DNA of 50,432 nucleotides from a virus: IMG/VR virus record IMGVR_UViG_3300029258_003011; one strand, 5' to 3'. Shown piece by piece: positions 44,671 to 50,432 of this stretch (position 1 is its first letter; each line of letters starts with the position of its first letter). The notes under the pieces were generated by a model. It saw only the letters and a program-made list of their open reading frames with translations, ran no database searches and was not told where the DNA came from. The position numbers and the translations under genes were made by a program.

Positions 44671-45819
44671 TTAGGGAGGAGAATAACCATAAAATAGATT
44701 ATCAAGCTCTTCCCCAAAGAAAACTCTATTCATTTCCAACGCCGTTTTTAACTTGTCGAGTGGAGCGGGCGCAACTCCTTCGGTAAGTAGCTTAATAGCA
44801 TTATTTCTGCGATTCACCATTTCAGTAGTACTCGGACTTTCAAATACTCTAGATATCAATTCAAATGATACCAACCTCATGTTTTTAGATATTGTTTGCT
44901 TTTTCTGTTCAGCACTAATCACCTTACTCAAATATTTGTTCGGAACTTTGACCTTAGTTAAGTCAAAAATAGGTTTACCTTGAGAGACATTGTCAAGCAA
45001 ATTTTCCATGCTTCCAATTAGTTTAATGAGATCATTCAGAATTGTTTTGAATCTCCCTGCTGCGATTCCATAAACCCCGTGAACATCATCTCCAACATCT
45101 CCAATTATTGACATTGCTAAAGGTTGGAGCTTGTCATCCAACTTAGTTTCAGTCTTTAATTCTCGAGACATTACTTCTCCACTTCGTACTAGTCTTTTTG
45201 TTTTTACAATTTTTTGAAAAACATACACATTAGATCCTGCTGTAAGAGTTTGAAGTAAGTCGTGGTCATTTGAGTATACAAGATGTGCAGTATCTCTTCC
45301 TGTATTTACATGTTTTCTACTAATAGCAAAATATGGAATAAAATCTGCCTCCATATTCAAGAGTCTCACTACTGTCACATTCGGAATTTTATTACATATC
45401 TTTTCTATTGCTTCGAAATTCCGACGTACTGTATTTTGAAACAATTCCCTCTTTTCAATTGGCAATCCGTATAGATCATCAATTCTCCTGGATATTTTAT
45501 ATTCCTTACTTATATTTTGATGATAATACGAAATGCCGCTTTCAAAGAAAATATAAAAATTAATCTTGATGTTTCTTTTTATTGAGTATAGTTTATGGAA
45601 CTCTAAAAATGATAAAAGAGAAACTAAAATAGACGATTCTATATATTGACTTCGTATACTATTCTCTATAATATTGACAATAGCATGTTCTTGATATAAA
45701 GTCTGAAAACAATTTTTCAAGTCAATATATAAATTAAGTTCTTTGAAATCCCCATAGCTCAACACTTCATCTAAAATGCCATACGTCGGATAATAGCTTA
45801 ATAAAGATGATGGATGCAT
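44671..45819 (-). CDS. 5'-3' exonuclease / flap endonuclease (T4 RNase H / FEN family)
   Basis: H3TH motif 'IIGDVGDDVHGVYGIAAGRFKTIL' parallels Pol I 5'-nuclease 'LVGDSSDNIPGVPGIGEKTA'. N-terminal acidic metal-binding region. Confidence 0.65.
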   Translation of the reverse strand: MHPSSLLSYYPTYGILDEVLSYGDFKELNLYIDLKNCFQTLYQEHAIVNIIENSIRSQYIESSILVSLLSFLEFHKLYSIKRNIKINFYIFFESGISYYHQNISKEYKISRRIDDLYGLPIEKRELFQNTVRRNFEAIEKICNKIPNVTVVRLLNMEADFIPYFAISRKHVNTGRDTAHLVYSNDHDLLQTLTAGSNVYVFQKIVKTKRLVRSGEVMSRELKTETKLDDKLQPLAMSIIGDVGDDVHGVYGIAAGRFKTILNDLIKLIGSMENLLDNVSQGKPIFDLTKVKVPNKYLSKVISAEQKKQTISKNMRLVSFELISRVFESPSTTEMVNRRNNAIKLLTEGVAPAPLDKLKTALEMNRVFFGEELDNLFYGYSPP

Positions 45820-45820
45820 T

Positions 45821-46189
45821 TTAATCTCTTCCTATTTTAAATTCAAATGTTGTATCTATTTCACTTCCTGAGGAAAGACTTGTTACTGTTAGATCTCGTT
45901 TTGACCATATGTGCATTTCAGGAATCTCAAATCTCCAGTGGTCAATTGTGAAAAAACTACCTACTTTGATATGAGTTTTACATTTTATAGATCTAAAATT
46001 TATTGGTACTTCACCTTCAGTAATCAAAAGAGAATTTAAATATATCCTATATTTGGTTTTATGAATGTCTTTTACTTTATCCTCTTCTGTTAAAAACCAA
46101 TCTTTCCATCCCTTCAACGGAGCAATATCCACTTCAATGCAATTATTTATTTCACACTTTTTTCGTTTTACTAATTCTTTGAATAACAT
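45821..46189 (-). CDS. Hypothetical protein
   Basis: 122-aa ORF. Confidence 0.35.
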   Translation of the reverse strand: MLFKELVKRKKCEINNCIEVDIAPLKGWKDWFLTEEDKVKDIHKTKYRIYLNSLLITEGEVPINFRSIKCKTHIKVGSFFTIDHWRFEIPEMHIWSKRDLTVTSLSSGSEIDTTFEFKIGRD

Positions 46190-46364
46190 TGAATGAGTCT
46201 ATCCTCCTTCCTTCGATAATCGAGAGAACTTTATCTAAGACTTTATGAGCTGATACTGAAGTGGATTTCCTTTTTGCTTCATTTACCAGATCGGTCAAAT
46301 CATCAAAGGTCTCTACATTACGTACCAATTCCCTCTTAAATTCATTCTCTCGATATCTCGCCAT
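46152..46364 (-). CDS. Hypothetical small protein
   Basis: 70-aa ORF overlapping its neighbour. Confidence 0.3.
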   Translation of the reverse strand: MARYRENEFKRELVRNVETFDDLTDLVNEAKRKSTSVSAHKVLDKVLSIIEGRRIDSFNVIQRISKTKKV

Positions 46365-46367
46365 TTA

Positions 46368-47132
46368 TTAACCTTCTGCATCTTCCTCTGCTTCTACCAG
46401 AGATGATCTTCCATATACAGAAATATCTACATCCGCAATGGTAGTTTTAAATGAGTTAATACATACCCCATTTTCCTCGTCAAAGAGATACATTTTGAAG
46501 TCAATATCATTATCATGGTCGATAATGAACGGGGTAAATACAAGGTTTGAAAAGCATTGAGGCATAACTCTTTCAGTTGTTATGTCTGCCAAAACTCTTG
46601 CATATTGATCTTTTGCTTGGGTCCTTGTTGTGACTGAAGCTCGTTCCCCTTCAAACTCAACCTGCATGCTTTTGACATGAAATGAAGAAGTAATAACTCT
46701 AATTCTTTCAGATATTGCTTCAGGAATTTCAGTAGTCATAATTACATCTTCTTCATTCCTAACAAATACTCTATTGAGTTCATCGTCTGCCATATACTGG
46801 TTATTCATAAAATCCAAATCTGGATTATCAAATTTCAGTATAGAATATTGATCTGAAATTGAAAAATGTCTTTCGTCTGTTGATATTTCAACTTCTTGAT
46901 CCGCTCCTGTGAAAATCTTGAATAAGTCGAGTTTTTGCTTCAGATCGCTCACAGGAATATTTAGGTCCTGGATAATTGGAACAAGATTGATTTCAAACAC
47001 AGAGAACTTATCATCACTTCTCTGACGAACAACCCCTTCTCTAACATCAACGTCTGTGCAAATATCTCGAAGACTTGATAAACATCTCAAAAAATTCGCA
47101 TATTCTTCGGCACTTAAATTTACTGTTTGCAT
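46368..47132 (-). CDS. Hypothetical protein in replication module (function unassigned)
   Basis: 254-aa acidic protein downstream of the primase/clamp-loader cluster. No diagnostic motif. Confidence 0.4.
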   Translation of the reverse strand: MQTVNLSAEEYANFLRCLSSLRDICTDVDVREGVVRQRSDDKFSVFEINLVPIIQDLNIPVSDLKQKLDLFKIFTGADQEVEISTDERHFSISDQYSILKFDNPDLDFMNNQYMADDELNRVFVRNEEDVIMTTEIPEAISERIRVITSSFHVKSMQVEFEGERASVTTRTQAKDQYARVLADITTERVMPQCFSNLVFTPFIIDHDNDIDFKMYLFDEENGVCINSFKTTIADVDISVYGRSSLVEAEEDAEG

Positions 47133-47536
47133 TGATTCGCTCCTTCTGGTTGGTTAGTTTCTTCGAGTACTTTAACAATTGTTACATATACAAATTTGTC
47201 TAACTTTTGTTCCTTTGAGTGGGAATAGTCGACTGTTGTGAAACAATCTTCTATATGTCCTATTATCTCCATTACTCTATCAGCAATTAATTTATTCCCA
47301 GTATTTGAACTAACTGGAATTGAGAATATCATTAATACTGCTGGTTTTTCATCATATGTATAGTTCATCATACACATATCACACCCAAATATCTTATATA
47401 AAACATCTTGAGTGCCTGCTTCAATAAGAAGATTGAAATGATTTATTTCTTCAAGATTTCCCTTGAATATAAAATCCTTCTTCTCATTAATTGTTGTTTC
47501 AAAAATCCCGATCAATTTCTTTTGTAATGCTTTCAT
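47120..47536 (-). CDS. Hypothetical protein
   Basis: 138-aa ORF. Confidence 0.4.
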   Translation of the reverse strand: MKALQKKLIGIFETTINEKKDFIFKGNLEEINHFNLLIEAGTQDVLYKIFGCDMCMMNYTYDEKPAVLMIFSIPVSSNTGNKLIADRVMEIIGHIEDCFTTVDYSHSKEQKLDKFVYVTIVKVLEETNQPEGANQCKQ

Positions 47537-47551
47537 ATTATTCTCTCTCCT

Positions 47552-48535
47552 TCATTTAACTACAATATTCGCAATATCTATTGGTATTTCATTAAAATCT
47601 TTTCCCTTTTTATTATACCATAATGTAACTGATTCAATTATGTGACTATTGAATTTTTTTAGTCTTTTATAAAAAGGAACATCTACATTTCTGTCTGATA
47701 ATATATGAAGTTTAATTCTAAACAATTGTTCGTGAAAAGATATACTTTTTACCAATGCTTGATAGTTAGTTGAAAGAGCTGCTGCGAATAATTTACATGA
47801 TGACCTTAAATTGGTATAGTTATAAATATGTTCTGCTTGAATGTCAAATATACCCTCTGCTACCACAATATTGTTACTATTCCGATCTCCACCAGGCAAT
47901 TTATAATAATCCATATATTGAGAATCTTGCAATCCAATCTTATAAAAACGAAAAGATGATGAAGGATCAATATTTCTAAATACTATTTTTGAATCATTCT
48001 CTGTGACAAATCCAACAAAATTGGTTTGTAAAAATTGTGCCATATTTGCTTGCTTTTCATCAAGAGTTAAATTATTAAGTCGTACAAATTCATAGAAATC
48101 AAAAACCATTCCCTTTATGTCAGATATATACATATTTGAAAATGATAATCTTTTCTTTACATATAATGTTTTTAAAGGAAACATGTCCTCATTTATTCTT
48201 GGTAAAAATATATCCCTCTTTTTTGGAGCAACTCTAGTTATATTTACTCGTCTTTTTAAAGATTCTTTGATCTTAGATTTATCAACAAAATCATCAGATT
48301 TATCTCTACCTTCAATCTTTAAAAATAATTTTTTTAAATATCCACTTTCTTGACAATAAAAACAATGAAAAATTGGTGCTTCAATCGACATCCATAAATG
48401 ATAATGCCCAGATTCTGGTTTTTCATATTCACACCAAGGACATCTACAAATAATATTCTTACTGGTAACTCTTACAGTCCCACCAAGATGTTCTTTTAAA
48501 TAATCTGTTATATTGTCCTGAAAAATCCCAATCAT
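47552..48535 (-). CDS. DNA primase (Zn-ribbon + TOPRIM; T4 gp61/DnaG-like)
   Basis: CHC2 zinc ribbon 'CRCPWCEYEKPESGHYHLWM...HCFYCQESG' and TOPRIM 'VVAEGIFDIQ'. 327 aa. Confidence 0.65.
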   Translation of the reverse strand: MIGIFQDNITDYLKEHLGGTVRVTSKNIICRCPWCEYEKPESGHYHLWMSIEAPIFHCFYCQESGYLKKLFLKIEGRDKSDDFVDKSKIKESLKRRVNITRVAPKKRDIFLPRINEDMFPLKTLYVKKRLSFSNMYISDIKGMVFDFYEFVRLNNLTLDEKQANMAQFLQTNFVGFVTENDSKIVFRNIDPSSSFRFYKIGLQDSQYMDYYKLPGGDRNSNNIVVAEGIFDIQAEHIYNYTNLRSSCKLFAAALSTNYQALVKSISFHEQLFRIKLHILSDRNVDVPFYKRLKKFNSHIIESVTLWYNKKGKDFNEIPIDIANIVVK

Positions 48536-48853
48536 TTATATACCTCTTGCCTTTTGTACCCAATCTACATATCCTCTATCGTTACATCTAGAACAACCAG
48601 CTCCTCTACATTTATCACACACTTCAAACATTAAATTATCTTCCCAGTTTTTATATCCAGTTCCTTTACAAGTCTCGCACATACTTCCATCCCAACTATG
48701 GTCTCCATCGCTAGTTTTAGATACTCCAGCAAGACCTGTTCCTTTACAGTCATCACATTTAGGAAAATATATTTGAATGGCATTTGCCATATTTCTTATA
48801 GCATTTCTTACTGCATTTGATGAATTTATATCTACTTTGTCCATCCATCTCAT
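48536..48853 (-). CDS. DnaJ-type cysteine-rich zinc-finger protein (4x CxxCxGxG)
   Basis: 'CDDCKGTG', 'CETCKGTG', 'CDKCRGAG', 'CSRCNDRG' repeats. 105 aa between primase and clamp loader. Confidence 0.55.
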   Translation of the reverse strand: MRWMDKVDINSSNAVRNAIRNMANAIQIYFPKCDDCKGTGLAGVSKTSDGDHSWDGSMCETCKGTGYKNWEDNLMFEVCDKCRGAGCSRCNDRGYVDWVQKARGI

Positions 48854-49833
48854 TTTGATATTGCTCCATAATATTTAGTAAGAGAATCAACAGATTCTAA
48901 AATCATTGCCATAAAGTGCATAGAAGGAATTAAACAACCTTGATATGAATTAGAGTATTTATTTACTGCTATTTTGGCGGGAACTGGGACATCCTTATTG
49001 AAAAATAAGGACTCGAATATATTTGTAAAATCAACATCCTCCTTATCTATCAAATTGATAATATTGGAAATTTGTTTATTTACTTTATGTTTTTCTTTTG
49101 CTTTTATCGCTTGAGCAATTTCAATAAAACTACTAACAATAACTTTTTCAATTGTTATTACAGTATTTTTATTTACTTTCAATTTTCCTGATAGTGAAAA
49201 TCGTTGAAGAGTTCCAATAATTTTTCTAATATCAGGATATAGTCCATCAATCACATACTTTAAATCATCCTCTTTATATGTAATTTCTTCCTTTTTCATA
49301 ACTTCGGTACAAAAAGAAAAAACGAAATCCATAGGAAGTTGCTTGAACTTATAAAGAGTAAAACGCGATTGAACTGCGTCTGGGATCTTAGACAGATAAT
49401 TTCCTGTCATGATAAATCTTCCATATTTTATCTGGAACTTTTCGATGACTCCCCTTAAAGATTTAAAACCTTCTATTGTTAAGTTGTCACCCTCGTCGAT
49501 AAAAACAATTTTGAATTTATCACTTCCTGCTGGCGGGATTTTAAGAAATGGAGTTATCACTTCATCAACAAAATTTATACCCCTTGTTGATTTTGCGGAA
49601 CCGTTAACCTTCAAAACATTATCAGCTGGATTATTTATAATCCCATGCTTTGAAGTTATAATTCGTGCTATCGTAGTCTTCCCTCCTCCTGGAGGACCTG
49701 TCAATAATAAATTTGGAATATTATTAGTCTTTATACATTTCAAAAATTCCTCTTTATAATCGTCAGGCAAAACTACATCATCTAAAGTTTTTGGTCGCCA
49801 CTTTTCAATCCACAATTCATTTGTTATGCTCAT
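48850..49833 (-). CDS. Clamp loader ATPase subunit (RFC small subunit / T4 gp44-like)
   Basis: RFC box II-III 'WIEKWRPKTLDDVV', Walker A 'LLLTGPPGGGKTT', Walker B 'KIVFIDEGD'. Confidence 0.8.
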   Translation of the reverse strand: MSITNELWIEKWRPKTLDDVVLPDDYKEEFLKCIKTNNIPNLLLTGPPGGGKTTIARIITSKHGIINNPADNVLKVNGSAKSTRGINFVDEVITPFLKIPPAGSDKFKIVFIDEGDNLTIEGFKSLRGVIEKFQIKYGRFIMTGNYLSKIPDAVQSRFTLYKFKQLPMDFVFSFCTEVMKKEEITYKEDDLKYVIDGLYPDIRKIIGTLQRFSLSGKLKVNKNTVITIEKVIVSSFIEIAQAIKAKEKHKVNKQISNIINLIDKEDVDFTNIFESLFFNKDVPVPAKIAVNKYSNSYQGCLIPSMHFMAMILESVDSLTKYYGAISK

Positions 49834-49852
49834 TATTCACCTTACTTATATT

Positions 49853-50254
49853 TTATGCAGTTGGTCCTTTAGTACATGAATTAAACCATTCGCTTAAATT
49901 TCTTTCATTTACATATTTGTTAATAATAGTTGTTGCTTTATGCTCTTCCCACTTATCAAATGCAACATCACCAATCACATAATCTTTTTCAGAACCTGAA
50001 AACATAAATATTTCAGAAATGAAAATTTGATCTACAATTTCTATTTCATTAATCATCAAAGTAGTAATTGCTGCTATATCAGGTCGTGTAGATACATGAA
50101 AAGCAATTGATACCCTGTTATTTGTTTCAACATGTATCATGGCATGCTTCAAAAATATAACACAACCATTTGCCTTCGCTTGAGTATCTAATACCTCAAA
50201 TTCCATTTCCTTCGATTTATTTATAATTGTATCTCTAAGTTTTTCATAACTCAT
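49853..50254 (-). CDS. Hypothetical protein
   Basis: 133-aa ORF preceded by TATAAATC ~30 nt upstream of ATG. Confidence 0.4.
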   Translation of the reverse strand: MSYEKLRDTIINKSKEMEFEVLDTQAKANGCVIFLKHAMIHVETNNRVSIAFHVSTRPDIAAITTLMINEIEIVDQIFISEIFMFSGSEKDYVIGDVAFDKWEEHKATTIINKYVNERNLSEWFNSCTKGPTA

Positions 50255-50318
50255 ATCGTCCTCTATTGTAACTAGTGAGATTTATATTATGTTCCCAATT
50301 TTAAAAAATAGTTCCAAT

Positions 50319-50357
50319 AAAAAAGCAACCAACTATTTTAAAGTCAGTTGCTTTTTT
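50319..50357. terminator. A/T-flanked stem-loop (aaaaaagcaac-17nt-gttgctttttt), possible bidirectional terminator
   Basis: 11-bp (mostly A:T) stem with a GCAAC/GTTGC core, in non-coding DNA upstream of ORF 49853..50254 and just after a minus-strand reading frame that enters from beyond the window end. Confidence 0.3.
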
Positions 50358-50432
50358 ATTACATAAAATTTGTAATGATAACGATTTTTTTCTTAGCTCT
50401 TGTTACAGCAGTATATAACCATCTTCGCCAAT

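Noticed and set aside
2387-50000. Numerous plus-strand ORFs in the track (e.g. 13540..13905, 14475..14870, 15906..16457, 36185..36944)
   Set aside because: All overlap well-supported minus-strand genes and are low-complexity (F/L/S-rich, typical of antisense of K/E-rich coiled coils). None has a credible RBS.
1-50432. Stop-codon reassignment (e.g. TAG recoding as in some megaphages)
   Set aside because: ORFs with clear homology (RNAP, topoisomerase, RtcB) are full length and terminate where expected under the standard code. No in-frame stops interrupt conserved domains.
50359-50432. Minus-strand reading frames entering from beyond the window end
   Set aside because: All three frames end in a stop within 30-75 nt of the window edge. 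There is too little sequence to decide which, if any, is the real 3' end of an upstream gene.

Overview
The window is AT-rich (about one-third GC), gene-dense, and almost entirely coded on the minus strand, with AGGAG-type ribosome-binding sites. The content indicates a large tailed dsDNA phage, probably a jumbo or T4-like myovirus, not a cellular chromosome.

Recognisable modules, by protein motif:

- A T4-like replication and recombination core: topoisomerase II medium and large subunits, a gp32-like Zn SSB, a gp44-like clamp loader, a gp61-like Zn-ribbon/TOPRIM primase, a UvsX/RecA recombinase, a RuvC-like resolvase, an RNase H/FEN 5'-nuclease, an SbcD/Mre11 nuclease, an SF2 helicase, a Cas4-like PD-(D/E)xK nuclease and a ribonucleotide reductase.
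- Two adjacent, unsplit multisubunit RNA polymerase genes in beta'-then-beta order, carrying the NADFDGD catalytic motif.
- Nucleic-acid end-healing and repair genes: an RtcB ligase, a T4 Pnk-like 5'-kinase domain and a LigD-type 3'-phosphoesterase.
- Nucleotide and modification genes: QueD and a gpt-like phosphoribosyltransferase.
- Candidate anti-defence or accessory genes: a NADAR protein, a MoxR AAA+ ATPase paired with a VWA/HExxH metallopeptidase protein, a prepilin-like pseudopilin, a KH-domain protein and a DnaJ-type CxxCxGxG zinc-finger protein.
- Lysis and tail genes: a PGRP/T7-lysozyme-type amidase and a gpV/gp5-like baseplate spike.

The most striking gene is an 849-aa protein whose repeat motifs and domain order reproduce the eukaryotic major vault protein: IPPxxF...VGP repeats, an SPFH-like shoulder, a coiled-coil cap helix and a cap-ring tail. 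It is flanked by GGGAGG/CCTCCC-type GC-rich intergenic hairpins.

Non-coding points of interest: a 385-nt gene-free region with nested long inverted repeats and a plus-strand terminator-like hairpin, an adjacent region with iteron-like direct repeats and an uORF with a strong SD, and several strong intergenic stem-loops.

No tRNA, rRNA or CRISPR array was seen. Plus-strand ORFs in the track look like shadows of the minus-strand genes. All functional calls come from motif reading without database searches and should be confirmed with HHpred/BLAST and structure prediction.
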